A stretch of 64,000 bases of DNA from Acidobacteriota bacterium (GCA_963666055.2 CAXWPH010000015.1:800001-864000), one strand, 5' to 3'. Positions 30,268 to 40,928 are shown, counted from the first letter of the stretch. Notes: generated from the letters alone by a model not told the origin. Numbers and translations are program-made.

Positions 30268-32017
30268 ATGATCCAGAGCTCTCGCATCTCGGCCAGGGTT
30301 AGGCGCGTTGCCTCGGTGCTAGTTTTCTTGCTGGCTACCACCGTAGTTCGAGCCGACACTGGGATTCGGGTCGAGCTGGTGTCGTCCGAGGGAGGATCGA
30401 CCACGGCCCTGGTCGATCCCCGCGACGGAACCGGCCGTCTCTTCATCGTGAAGCGACTGGGGCAGATCTTGATTCTCGAGGACGGCAACGTCCTGCCTAC
30501 CCCGTTTCTCGATCTCTCGAACAATGTGTCGTGCTGTGAACTGGAGCGCGGGATGACGAGTCTCGCTTTCCATCCTGACTATGAGACCAACGGCCGCTTC
30601 TTCGTCGGCTACGTCAACAACAACCTCGAAACGGTGGTCTCGCGGTTCACGGTCTCAGCCGATCCGAGCCGAGCCGACGCTGCCTCAGAGCGCGAGCTAC
30701 TGAGCTGGGCAAAGATCGGCAGGATTCATCACGGTGGCATTCTGGCCTTCGCCCCCAACGGCTATCTCTATGTCGCCAACGGTGATGGCGACAATCGGCC
30801 CGAGGCGCAGGATCTAGGAACGTTCCCGGGCACGATCCTGCGGCTCGACGTTGACCGCGGCTCGACCTACAGGATTCCGCCGGACAACCCGTTCCGCAAC
30901 ACGCCCGGGGTGCTACCCGAGATCTGGGCCTGGGGCCTGCGCAACCCCTGGCGGATCAGCTTCGATCGCGAGACCGGGGATCTCTTTATCGGCGACGTCG
31001 GCGGAACGCTCTACGAGGAGGTCAACTTCGCTTCGGCCTCGAGTGAAGGTGGGCTCAACTACGGTTGGCCGATCAAGGAGGCCGAGGAATGTCTCAAGAG
31101 TGAAAAGAAGTGCGCTGATCCGACGCTCGTCGATCCGATCATCCAGTACCCGCATGATCCAGATGACGATCAGTGCAATTCAGTCATCGGCGGCTACTTC
31201 TATCGCGGCCCAGAGGCTCCGACGCTTTACGGCACCTATATCTACGGGGATTTCTGCACCGGACAGATCTGGGGAGCACGACGTAACTCCGCTGGCGAGT
31301 GGATCACCAATAAGCTTCTCGACACCGATCTCAACATCACCACCTTCGCCGAGAGCGAGAGCGGCGTCCTCTACGTAGGCGATTTTCCGGGCGCCGTCTA
31401 CCGTGTAGTCGGTCAGGAGCTCTTCGCATCCGGCTTCGAGTCCGGCGATACTCGGGATTGGTCGGAGAGCCAGGGAGATCTGGAGGTCGTACGACCGGGG
31501 CTCGGGCGCTCTGCCAGGGCGCTCGAAGTGCCGGTCGACGGCTCGGCCACCAAGCGTTTCCGTGCGCTCCAATGAGCCGGGCGGCGAGTCGACCTTCCGG
31601 CTGGGCTTCGACCTCAACATCAACGAGGTCTCACTCGGCAGTCGGCCGCTCGAGATCCTGCGCGTCGCGGGCAGCAAAGACACCAACCACCTCCGGCTGA
31701 CTCTTGAGAAAGACGCGGGTCACTACTGGCTCAGCCTGAGAGTCCGCCGCGCGGATAGTAGCTTTCGACACGTTGGGCGCACCCGCGTGCCGCCGAAGAG
31801 GACGGTGCGGATCGAGATCGACTGGCTCAGAGCCTCCGCTAAGGACTCGGCAGACGGCGAAGCGCGGGTGTTCAAGAACGGAGAGCTCAGAATCGCCGCT
31901 ACGGATCTCCGCAATGGCGGCCGCAACGTGCGCTCCGTGACCCTTGGACTTCCCGCGGGCTCCAACGGCGCTGACTCCGGGAGCTTTTTGATCGACAGCT
32001 ACACGTCGACGCCGTAG
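30268..32017 (+). CDS. PQQ-dependent glucose/sorbosone dehydrogenase with C-terminal beta domain, split by a +1 frameshift
   Basis: 'ERGM..LAFHP', 'HHGG', 'WAWGLRNPWR'; an extra C at about 31561 separates 31562..32017. Confidence 0.8.
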
Positions 32018-32149
32018 ACGAGTCGTAGTAGGCAAGGGAGGCGGCAAGAGGTTGTCGGAGCCGGCTCGAACGCGCCGCCTGAGTAGCGCATCCTGCGCGA
32101 TCAAGAGCTCTACATTCAACCGGCAGGGATCGATCGGGCTGACCTGCAC

Positions 32150-32290
32150 CAAGCTTTGCGTCTCGCTGAGCGTGTAGAAGATCTCCCCGCTCAGCAGCTC
32201 GTCTCGTAGCTTGCCGTTGAAGCTCTCCACGGAGCCGTTCTCCCACGGCGAGCCGGGCTCAATGAACAGCGTCTTCACACCGATCCACTC
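32150..32290 (-). mobile_element. IS3-family transposase (integrase core) remnant
   Basis: 'IGVKTLFIEPGSPWENGSVESFNGKLRDELL.GEIFYTL'. Confidence 0.85.
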
Positions 32291-32324
32291 ACCGAGAATG
32301 TTGGCGAGCCGCTGCAACGTCTGT

Positions 32325-32825
32325 CGCGTCGAGCCCCGGTTGGCGGCATAGGCGATGTACTGGCCATCCGGCGACCAGAGCGGTGACTTGTCCTCACCCG
32401 CATCAAACGTCAGGCGGCTCAAGTTCCCGAGCCGCAAGTCCCACACCCAGATGTCTGGGTTGGCGTCCCGAATAGTGACGGCAATGCGGCGCTCGTCGGG
32501 TGATAGGCGTGGGTACTCGAAGAATCGCTGTTTCCGCGCTGATCAGCTCCTCGTGCCCCTCTCGGTCCACCCAGACCAGCGTTCGCTCGACTTGGCTGGC
32601 GGCGTCCGGGAGATATACCAACGATCCCGTAGCAGAAGTGCCGAAGTGCGCGACTCCAGATCCTGCACGCTGGGCCACGCCCCCGATCAGGGAAGAAGGC
32701 TCACCGGTCACCTCCAAGCGCTCTGCATCGATAGCACTCCGAATACCGTTCCACCCGACGCATAGACTATGTGTCCCGTGGGTACGTAGCGCGCACCAGT
32801 GGCCCCTTCAACCAGCACCCTCAGC
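32325..32825 (-). pseudogene. Fragment of a TolB/PD40 propeller (type seen at the C-terminus of acidobacterial Ser/Thr kinases)
   Basis: 'ARYVPTGHIVY', 'LVWVDREG', 'SRLTFD..PLWSPDG' spread over different frames. Confidence 0.7.
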
Positions 32826-33324
32826 CCGTGGGGCGAGCTGTTTGTGGCGAACCGCAATGACGGAGTGATCTCCCGTTTCGTCTTCGACGCCTCCTTCAAT
32901 GCGACCTTCAATGGATCGTTTCTCCACCTCGCCGCCGGCGATGTCCACGGTATCCACGACCTGCAGTTTGCGCCGCCGGCCGCGCTACAAGTGGAGATCG
33001 ACATCAAGCCCGGCAGCTTCCCCAACAGCATCGACCTCAACAGCAACGGTGTGATCCCGGTCGCGATCCTGACCGAGGGCGGATTTGACGCCGACCACGG
33101 TCGACGGTTCAATCGTCCTTTTCGGTCCGGATGCCGCGGTACCCGACCACGGTATCGGCCACTTCGAGGATGTCGACGACGACGGTGACGACGACTGGGT
33201 GGGCCACTTCAGCACCCAGGACACAGGGATTCTCTGCGGAGCGACTGAAGCGACCGTGAATGGCGAGACGCTCGACGCGCAGCAATTGGAAGGCAGCGAT
33301 TCGGTCAACATCGTGCAGTGTTGA
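32815..33324 (+). pseudogene. C-terminal remnant of a secreted protein ('IDIKPGS.PN' domain)
   Basis: 'EIDIKPGSFPNSIDLNSNGVIPVAIL' and 'EDVDDDGDDD'; frameshift at about 33092; no credible N-terminus. Confidence 0.65.
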
Positions 33325-33387
33325 CGAGTCGACCGCGCAGCGGCTAACCGCCCCTGGAGTTCTGCCCGTGCGGACTAGCAGGCCCTC

Positions 33388-35526
33388 CTATCTCGAGTCG
33401 CCGTTAGCGGCGCGCTCGGCCTGCCGGCGGATGTAGTGGCGCAGCGCCAGGAGCTCCTCGTCCGTTAGCTCGGGGTAGGCCGGCATTCCGCGCGCCAGGC
33501 GGGAGCCGTCGCGTACCACGGTGGCGAACGCGATGTCCGAGAGCACGACGCGCGAGGCTCTGAGATCGGGTGCCATTCCTGAAGCGAGCGCGCCCCCACC
33601 GTGGCAGTGAACGCACATGCGATAGCCGCCGGCCCCTTGCCGGGCCAGCGCAACGTCGAGTTCGAAGTCCGCCGACCGGATCGGCACCGGGACCTCCGGT
33701 GGAGGCAATGCCGGAAGGGCGACCCCGCCATCGAGGGAGAACACCACCAAGCGTCGCTCATGAACCCCGTAGGCCCAACCGTGCGATGCGCCGAGCTCCC
33801 CCCCGAACGCGGCCAGCGAGCCACCCCAGCCGACGAGCAGCGCTAAGTACTGGCGCCCGTTGATCGCATAGGTGATCGGCGGGGCGGAGATGCCCAGGCC
33901 GAGGTCGAACATCCAGAGCTCCTCGCCGCTGTTCGCGTCGTAGGCCACGAAGTTGCCGTCGGCGCGCCCCTGGAAGACCAGGTTTCCGGCCGTCGTCATG
34001 GTTCCGGGGTTCCAGTAGCCGTGCAGTGGAATCTCCCAGGCGAGCTCCTGACGCACCGGGTCCCATGCCTGCAACGATCCGCGAACGCCGTCCGCACGGG
34101 AAGGGCTCGAGGCGATCGTCGAGACGCCAGTGCTGAACTCTTGTCGCAACGGCGAGCGCCAGCCTGCGAGGTCAATGCCCTCGTCGCTGTAGGTGACCGA
34201 CTGGTGCAGCACTGGCATGTACGCCAGCCCGGTCATCGGGCTGTACGACATGGCGTGCCAGCTATGGGCGCCGTTGGGGCCCGGGGCGACGGCTGCCGGC
34301 CGATCTTCGAAGCGGGCTCCCGGTACCTCGATCGGACGGCCGGTGGCGAGATCGATTCCTGTCGCCCAGGTGACCTCGGTGAAGGGCTCCGCGGAGATCA
34401 GCTTTCCGGTCTGGCGATCGATGACGTAGAAGAAGCCATTCTTGGGCGCGTGGAGGATCGCCTTCACGTCACGGCCTTCGATCGTGAGATCGGCCAGGAC
34501 GATGTCCATGTTGGAGTTGTAGTCCCAGGTCTCGCCCGGGTTCGTCTGGTAGTGCCAGAGGTACTCGCCGGTGTCGGGGTCGAGGGCGACGATGGAGGAC
34601 AGGAACAGGTTGTCGCCACCGCCGGGGCTGCGGATCTTCCGATTCCAGGGCGAGCCGTTGCCGGTGCCGACATAGAGCACGTCGAGGTCGGCGTCGTAGG
34701 TGAACCCGTGCCAGGCGTTGCCGCCACCGCCGTACTTCCACCACTCACCGGTCCAGGTCTCGGCGGCCATAGCCATGGCGTCGTTCTCGAAACCGTCTGC
34801 GGGGTTGCCGGGCACGATCCAGAAACGCCAGGCCTGCTCGCCGGTCTCGGCGTCGTAGGCGGTGACGTAGCCGCGCGAGGCGCCGAGCTCGGTGCCGCCG
34901 TTGCCCACCAGCACCTTCCCCTTGAAGATCTTGGGGGCGCCGGTGATGAAGTAGTGAAGGTCCGGATCGATCGTCGCTGTGCTCCACAGCTCGCCGCCGG
35001 TGGCGGCATCGAGCGCCACGAGAACGCCGTCCCAGGTGGCGAGGTAGACCTTCCCCTTCCAGAAGCCGATACCGCGGTTGTGGTCCCAACCGACGCGTGA
35101 GCGGCGGCTCGACGCACGCTCCATGACCTTCGGGTCGTACTCCCAGAGGAGCGCACCGGTGGCGGCGTCGACGGCCCGCACGATGTTCATGCTGCCGTTG
35201 AAATACAGCACTCCGTCGACGACCAGCGGAGTCGACACCAGGCCCCGGTCGTTCGGTAGATCGAGATACCAGTCGACCGCCAGGCCGCCTACGTTGGAGG
35301 TGTTGATCTGGGTTAGCGGGCTGAAGCGTTGCTCGCTGTAAGTCCGGCCGAACGCCAGCCAGTCCTCGCCGCGGGATTCGTCCGCCAGCGCGATGTCGTC
35401 CACCTCGCGGAACGTCTGCGCGGCATCCGACAGCTGTGCGGCGCAGGCACACAACACAATCAGCGCGGCGAACCACCACCGACACCGGCTCTTACGACGC
35501 AACGGCGCTACCGGCGGAAGTTTCAT
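33388..35526 (-). CDS. Quinohemoprotein alcohol dehydrogenase family, copy 2
   Basis: Same motifs as copy 1; CVHCH heme site. Confidence 0.92.
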   Translation of the reverse strand: MKLPPVAPLRRKSRCRWWFAALIVLCACAAQLSDAAQTFREVDDIALADESRGEDWLAFGRTYSEQRFSPLTQINTSNVGGLAVDWYLDLPNDRGLVSTPLVVDGVLYFNGSMNIVRAVDAATGALLWEYDPKVMERASSRRSRVGWDHNRGIGFWKGKVYLATWDGVLVALDAATGGELWSTATIDPDLHYFITGAPKIFKGKVLVGNGGTELGASRGYVTAYDAETGEQAWRFWIVPGNPADGFENDAMAMAAETWTGEWWKYGGGGNAWHGFTYDADLDVLYVGTGNGSPWNRKIRSPGGGDNLFLSSIVALDPDTGEYLWHYQTNPGETWDYNSNMDIVLADLTIEGRDVKAILHAPKNGFFYVIDRQTGKLISAEPFTEVTWATGIDLATGRPIEVPGARFEDRPAAVAPGPNGAHSWHAMSYSPMTGLAYMPVLHQSVTYSDEGIDLAGWRSPLRQEFSTGVSTIASSPSRADGVRGSLQAWDPVRQELAWEIPLHGYWNPGTMTTAGNLVFQGRADGNFVAYDANSGEELWMFDLGLGISAPPITYAINGRQYLALLVGWGGSLAAFGGELGASHGWAYGVHERRLVVFSLDGGVALPALPPPEVPVPIRSADFELDVALARQGAGGYRMCVHCHGGGALASGMAPDLRASRVVLSDIAFATVVRDGSRLARGMPAYPELTDEELLALRHYIRRQAERAANGDSR

Positions 35527-37211
35527 CTGGCTCGCTCGAATCGGAAGTTCCTCACACGTCCGGAGTCGAGGGTGAATCCGGTGACCTGTCCGCTCGCGTC
35601 GCGTTGGAAACGGAGTGCTCCGACGCCGTCTGCCGTCAACAGGTCCTCGGCCAGCGGGGTCAACTTCGACGGATCCCGCTTGAGCCAGTGGATGGTCAGC
35701 TGCCCTTGGTTCAGATCGATGTGATAGGTCACCGCCAGCTCGGGACTCTGGTATTCGCCGGCGAACTCACCAAGGCTGCTTTCGGAGAGCTCGATGGGAG
35801 GGACCCTGTCCGCCTCCTCGATGCTCGACGGATCGTCGGCGAACCAAAACAGCGCCCTCTCGGCGCGGTGCGCCGCGGGTTCGAATCGCAACAGGAGGTC
35901 CGCCGGGGGCACCGAGAACCGGCCGTTGCCAGTGTGGATCATTTCGAAATTCCGCCCGCCGAAGCTGAGCTCGACGGAATTCTTCTGACGGACGATTCGA
36001 AGCACCGACGCGAAGCCGTCGGACCAGTAGACACCCTCGATGTGGGACACCTCTTCGTCTGTCAGGGCGACGGCGTTCATCGTGGCGGGTTGCTCGCTGT
36101 CGGCCGGATCGAGGCGCCCCTCCAGGTAGATGTCGGCAAGCTCCCGTGTCAGTTGCGCCGGGTTCGTCTGCGCCAGGTTGCACAGCACCACGAAGCTGTA
36201 GCCCTGATCCGGGAATCGAACGAAGTGCGAGCGGTAGCCGGCGTCCGAGCCTCCGTGGCCCACTGTTCGGAGCCCTCGATAGGCTCCGTGAACGAGCCCG
36301 AACGCGTAGTCCTGCTGCTCTCCGCTGTTGAGTCGCCCAGGCTCATGGATCAGATCGAGCAACTCCTTTCCCCCGACCGTGGCGTCGATGAAGTTCCGGT
36401 CCCACCGGGCCATGTCCTCGACGGTGGTCAGCAAGCTGGTCGCACCCACCGTGTCGAAGTTGGTGACGCTCAGACGGAAGGCGGATGCTTCATCGTCCCA
36501 GCGGTAGCCGAACGCTTGGCCCTTGACGATCTCGGAGAAATCGTCTCGAAAGTGGGTGCGCGTCATACCCAGCGGCTCGAAGATCCGGCCGGTGGTGAAC
36601 TCCCGTAGCGATTGTCCGCTGACCGCCTTGACGATCTGGCTCATCAGCGTGTAGCCGCTATTGGAGTAGAGGTATCGTTCTCCGGGCAGGAAATTGAGAT
36701 CTCGCTGCCGCTTGATCAGATAGATGACGTCGTCGTCGGTGATCAGGTCGCGGGAGTATCTCCAGCCGGTCATTTCCAGCAGGGCCCACTGATCGCGGAT
36801 GCCACTGTTGTGGTGGATCAGGTTGCGAATGGTGATCGTATGTCCGAAATCAGGGACCCATGGCAGGTGTTTTCGAACCGGATCGTCCAGCGACAGCTGA
36901 CCCTCGATGGCCAACAGCGCTATGGCGCCGGCGGTGAACTCTTTCGACACGCTCGCCACGTGGAAGATGGTGTCGGTGCGGACGGGGACGTCGTGATCGA
37001 GGTTCGCTATCCCGTAAGCCTGCTTGTAGACGATCTCGCCGTTCTTGACGACGGAAACGGCGCAGCCCGGGCTCGTGGTCGTGTCCCATCGGGAGAACAC
37101 CTCGTCGACCCTTTCCTCCGGCGAGGGCCCGAGTCCTGAATCTTGAGCGAACACGGGAAGGCAGACGCAAAGCGCGACCACCGTTTTCTCGATGAGCGAC
37201 GTTCGGAGCAT
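35523..37211 (-). CDS. Serine hydrolase (beta-lactamase/D-aminopeptidase family)
   Basis: SVSK, YSN and HGG motifs; signal peptide. Confidence 0.9.
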   Translation of the reverse strand: MLRTSLIEKTVVALCVCLPVFAQDSGLGPSPEERVDEVFSRWDTTTSPGCAVSVVKNGEIVYKQAYGIANLDHDVPVRTDTIFHVASVSKEFTAGAIALLAIEGQLSLDDPVRKHLPWVPDFGHTITIRNLIHHNSGIRDQWALLEMTGWRYSRDLITDDDVIYLIKRQRDLNFLPGERYLYSNSGYTLMSQIVKAVSGQSLREFTTGRIFEPLGMTRTHFRDDFSEIVKGQAFGYRWDDEASAFRLSVTNFDTVGATSLLTTVEDMARWDRNFIDATVGGKELLDLIHEPGRLNSGEQQDYAFGLVHGAYRGLRTVGHGGSDAGYRSHFVRFPDQGYSFVVLCNLAQTNPAQLTRELADIYLEGRLDPADSEQPATMNAVALTDEEVSHIEGVYWSDGFASVLRIVRQKNSVELSFGGRNFEMIHTGNGRFSVPPADLLLRFEPAAHRAERALFWFADDPSSIEEADRVPPIELSESSLGEFAGEYQSPELAVTYHIDLNQGQLTIHWLKRDPSKLTPLAEDLLTADGVGALRFQRDASGQVTGFTLDSGRVRNFRFERAR

Positions 37212-37424
37212 TGCACGGTTCTCCGCAGGGTGGGCGGGGCTCGACTTCGTCTCGAAGACGGTACTACCGGAGTTCTTCAGCACACTGCTAGGGCACTGCC
37301 GGACGCTGCTCCTACGCACCCTCGCTGTCAAGTGGGTGGGATCTGGCTAGCTTGGCGTTGTGTGCGGCGCGCGGCTATGCTGCGTGGGATCTAGGAGGCT
37401 GCGTGGCAGGGAAGGAGTAAGCTC

Positions 37425-38384
37425 ATGAGCACGAAGGGCAGGTGGTTGTTTGGTGTTGGCGTTTCGTTGGTGGCCGTCGTCGCGTGGAGTGTCGGAGCGA
37501 GCGCGGGTAGGGCCCCAACAGCCGAGGGCGCTGCGTCGATGGGCTACACGTTCGATCCCGGTGGGATGTACCGAATGCCGACACATTTCGGCCCCCGTAC
37601 TGGCCCGCGACGAGGGCCGAACGGCGAGACGTTCGACAACGTCGGCGCACCACAGAAGAAGACCATCGCGGTGAGCTTCCTCACCAATGCAGACCAGCTT
37701 GCAGCGCTGCTCCCCGAGGGGTTCTCGCTCAACGGCGAGCCGGTGGTCACCGTCGCAGCGACCTACATCACCGAGATCCCGTGGCTCGCCGGCCGCGGCT
37801 ACAACATCCTCGGTGTCAGCTTTCCCGCCAAGTTCGAGGGCAGGGAAGATCGCGCCAGCGGCAGCATCTTGCTGGTGCTCTGGGAAAACCTCACGGATCC
37901 AATCCTTACCGGACGCGACGAGCTGGGGTTCTCGAAGATCTACGCCGACCTTCCCGAGCCCAGAGTGTACGAAGGAGAGACCCACGTCACCGCCAGCTGG
38001 ATGGGCTTCAAGTTCCTCGACCTGAGCGTGAAGGAATTGCAGGAGGTGCCGGTTGGCGACGGCGGGTCGACGCCGGCCGACCGAACAGATGGCGAGCTAC
38101 GAGGAACGCTTCACTACAAGTACATCCCGAAGACCGGCGAGTGGGGCACTGCCGACGTGCATTACGCCGTTCTGAGTCCCTCTGGCAATACGAACGAGGT
38201 CCCCAAGGGAGCCTGGCGAGGCGAGGGGACGTTGCAGTTCCACCGGGCACGCTGGGAGGACATGCCGACCCAATACAACATCGTCAACGCGCTCGCGGAT
38301 CTCGAGATCAAGGAGTTTCGTGGCGCCAGGATATCGACGGCAGTTGGCGGCAAGGACTTGAGCGACCAGCGCATTCTGAGGTAG
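37425..38384 (+). CDS. Acetoacetate decarboxylase family protein with signal peptide
   Basis: 'PILTGRDELGFSK', 'WLAGRGYN'; AAGGAG RBS. Confidence 0.82.
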   Translation: MSTKGRWLFGVGVSLVAVVAWSVGASAGRAPTAEGAASMGYTFDPGGMYRMPTHFGPRTGPRRGPNGETFDNVGAPQKKTIAVSFLTNADQLAALLPEGFSLNGEPVVTVAATYITEIPWLAGRGYNILGVSFPAKFEGREDRASGSILLVLWENLTDPILTGRDELGFSKIYADLPEPRVYEGETHVTASWMGFKFLDLSVKELQEVPVGDGGSTPADRTDGELRGTLHYKYIPKTGEWGTADVHYAVLSPSGNTNEVPKGAWRGEGTLQFHRARWEDMPTQYNIVNALADLEIKEFRGARISTAVGGKDLSDQRILR

Positions 38385-39527
38385 TGAATTCGCCGATTCC
38401 TGCATCGCCGTGTCCGAGTGCCCGGCAGAGGGCGTGGGCGTGGACGCGCCTTCCATGATTCGAACCCACTCCGGATCGGACCAGAGCGTCTCGAACCTGG
38501 CGTTGCGTGGAAGACCGCCGCTGCCACGGCGCCTGTTGTAGGGATTGATCTCGACCGCCCGCCGAATCGCATCGAGCGCATCTTGCCGATGTCCCAGGTC
38601 GAGATGCATACGTGCCAGTGCGATCCAGACCTGGTCCTTGTTGGGGATCTTGTCGCGCAACTCCTGGACCATCTGCAGGCCGCGCTCCCGGTCGCCGTCA
38701 TCGAAGACCTGGTTGGCGTCGGCGATGATTCCCCGGGAGCGACGGATGGTGAGCAGGCGACGCAGCTCGACCAACGGTGTCGGGTGGTCGTTGACGCGGA
38801 GATCCTCGGCGACGTCGGAGTAGTCGGCGGCGCCTCCCCGCAGCTGGACGATGAACAACGCCGCCGACTGCTGTCCTCGCCGGTCGCCGCCGCCCGCCTG
38901 GGCCGCCTCCATAGCGTCGAGGATCCGGTCTGCCAGAGGCTTTCCGCTCGTCGACTCGAACGACTCCGCCAACCCTTCGACGACCTCGGGCCCCACCATG
39001 CTGTTGGCCTGGGCGCAATAATCGACCCCGCACCGGTGTCCTTTCCAAGCCTCCTCGGGGTCCTCGCGGGGGTGGGAGTAGACGTCGAGCCCGACCGGAC
39101 CGCCGCCGGTGAACGCCGCGGTACGGCCCTGGATATCGAGAATTGCCACCTGTCTGCGGGCGCTCGCCGCGTCACTGCGCACCAACTGAGCCATGATCTC
39201 CTGCGGGTGCAGGCCGGCCATGAGCATCTCCATCCCGATCCTGCCGTAGAACGGGTTCGACGACATCTGATGCACGATGACCCCGACGCCGCCCCTGAAC
39301 GACGAACCGTTGCGGCCGACGGCCAGGACCCGGCTTGCCACACCGATGCCCAGCTCTTCGGTGGCCGGGTCACGCGCGATGATCGAGTAGGTGCTCAGGT
39401 AGTCGGGGTCGTATTCGGTGCTCGTCGGGTCGTAGACGTAGTCCCGATCGCTGACCGACTCCTGGGCGGCGAGTGGCATCGCTGCCAAGAGGATCAGTAC
39501 TGTGAGTCCACCGCGTGTGGCTCGCAT
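38097..39527 (-). CDS. DUF1028 (Ntn-hydrolase-like) plus TPR protein
   Basis: 'TYSIIARD', 'GGDRRGQQSAAL', 'DLRVNDHPTP..EL'; the 3' end is uncertain because it overlaps the convergent gene. Confidence 0.8.
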   Translation of the reverse strand: MRATRGGLTVLILLAAMPLAAQESVSDRDYVYDPTSTEYDPDYLSTYSIIARDPATEELGIGVASRVLAVGRNGSSFRGGVGVIVHQMSSNPFYGRIGMEMLMAGLHPQEIMAQLVRSDAASARRQVAILDIQGRTAAFTGGGPVGLDVYSHPREDPEEAWKGHRCGVDYCAQANSMVGPEVVEGLAESFESTSGKPLADRILDAMEAAQAGGGDRRGQQSAALFIVQLRGGAADYSDVAEDLRVNDHPTPLVELRRLLTIRRSRGIIADANQVFDDGDRERGLQMVQELRDKIPNKDQVWIALARMHLDLGHRQDALDAIRRAVEINPYNRRRGSGGLPRNARFETLWSDPEWVRIMEGASTPTPSAGHSDTAMQESANSLPQNALVAQVLAANCRRYPGATKLLDLEIRERVDDVVLGRHVLPACPVELQRPLASPGSLGDLVRIARGTQNGVMHVGSAPLAGLRDVLVVKRSS

Positions 39528-39561
39528 CTCGCCCTCCTGTCGGTTTCCGCGATGGTTGTGT

Positions 39562-40839
39562 CTACCGCCTGTCTCCCGTCCCGGCGCCGGATATCTGCCA
39601 TAGCGACAGCGATGAAGCATCCTTGATGAGCACTCCTCGCCGGGTCGGTACGGGATGCGCGTAGGTGCCGCTCTCGGCTACCTCGTAACGCGCCAGCGGC
39701 TGAAAACCGGCCGCATCAGCTGCAAGCACGATCAGCTCGCCGCCATCGGTAAGGGCGAGGAGGCGATCCCCGATTCCCACGATCGCCGCGTTGTCGCCCT
39801 CCCTGCCGCGGCTGGTCCAGAGGGTTTGGCCGCTAGTGGCGTCGAGGGCGAAGAACTGTCCGCTGCGCTTGTGCGAGAACCCGAACAGCCGCGTGCCGAC
39901 CAGCACCGGCGAGCTCATATACATGGGCAGGTCGTCATTACGCCAGAGCTCCACCGATGTCCATGAGTCGCCATCGCGGCGGATCTCGACCGCGAAGACA
40001 CCCCGATCCAGCCCGGAGAAGATCAAATGCTCACCATCGACCAGAGGCGTGACGATGCTCTGGTCGTATTCGGTCGTGAACGGGATCTTCCAGAGGATAC
40101 GGCCGCTCTCCGGGGTCACCCCGACGATGTGGGTATCGGTTTGGGTGATGAGCTGACGCTGCCCGTGTAGCTGCAACAGAATCGGGGAAGAGTGTCCGGG
40201 ACCATCGCCGCGGGTGGTCCAAATCGGTTCGCCGGTGTCCACATCGAATGCGGCAATCCCGCCATCGTGATAACCGCCAACGTGAATGAAGACGCTGCCG
40301 CCATCGACCAACGGCGATGCTGAGGCACCGTAGATTGGTGAGGTAGTCGGGTACTCGCTGGCGAACTCACGACGCCAAACAAGGTCGCCGCTTTCGGCAT
40401 CGAAACAAGACAGGATGCCGTCGATGCCGAATACATAGAGCTTGCCGCCGGAGAGCACGGGAGTGGACTTGGGCCCGTCGCCATGGCGGGTTGCGGACAC
40501 GTTCACTTCGTAGGGGGCGGCGTAGGCTTGTCGCCAGATGGTGGCGCCGCTGCTCAGATCAAGCGATCGAACGACCTCTTCATCGGCTTCCCGCGTCAGC
40601 AGGAAGATGCGATCTCCTGTCACCACCGGGCTGGAATAGCCACGCCCCACTTCGACGCGCCAGCGGAGCTCGAGCCCGCTCGGCAGGGCGGCCGGGAGCA
40701 GCTCTGCGGCAGCTTTGCCGTCACGCTGTGACCCGCGCCACTGCGTCCACTCCTGCCCGAGCGCCGTTGCCGGCTCAGCAGCCAGCCAGCTGAGCGCCAA
40801 GAGCCAGCCGAGGTGCCGTAAGTGCTTTCCGTGTCTCAT
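39562..40839 (-). CDS. PQQ-like beta-propeller repeat protein
   Basis: 'WTQWRG', 'GYSSP', 'GPKSTP'; start trimmed to the ATG before the signal peptide. Confidence 0.85.
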   Translation of the reverse strand: MRHGKHLRHLGWLLALSWLAAEPATALGQEWTQWRGSQRDGKAAAELLPAALPSGLELRWRVEVGRGYSSPVVTGDRIFLLTREADEEVVRSLDLSSGATIWRQAYAAPYEVNVSATRHGDGPKSTPVLSGGKLYVFGIDGILSCFDAESGDLVWRREFASEYPTTSPIYGASASPLVDGGSVFIHVGGYHDGGIAAFDVDTGEPIWTTRGDGPGHSSPILLQLHGQRQLITQTDTHIVGVTPESGRILWKIPFTTEYDQSIVTPLVDGEHLIFSGLDRGVFAVEIRRDGDSWTSVELWRNDDLPMYMSSPVLVGTRLFGFSHKRSGQFFALDATSGQTLWTSRGREGDNAAIVGIGDRLLALTDGGELIVLAADAAGFQPLARYEVAESGTYAHPVPTRRGVLIKDASSLSLWQISGAGTGDRR

Positions 40840-40928
40840 CCGCTCCCCACAGTCTCTCCAAGGACGATCGAACCAGCACCCTAGCACTCCGTGCCGCGCC
40901 AGACGACGCCACGATAAGAAACCCGCTC

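Noticed and set aside
31573-31575. TGA at the end of the sorbosone dehydrogenase ORF as Sec
   Set aside because: The downstream coding region is in a different frame, so this is a frameshift rather than read-through
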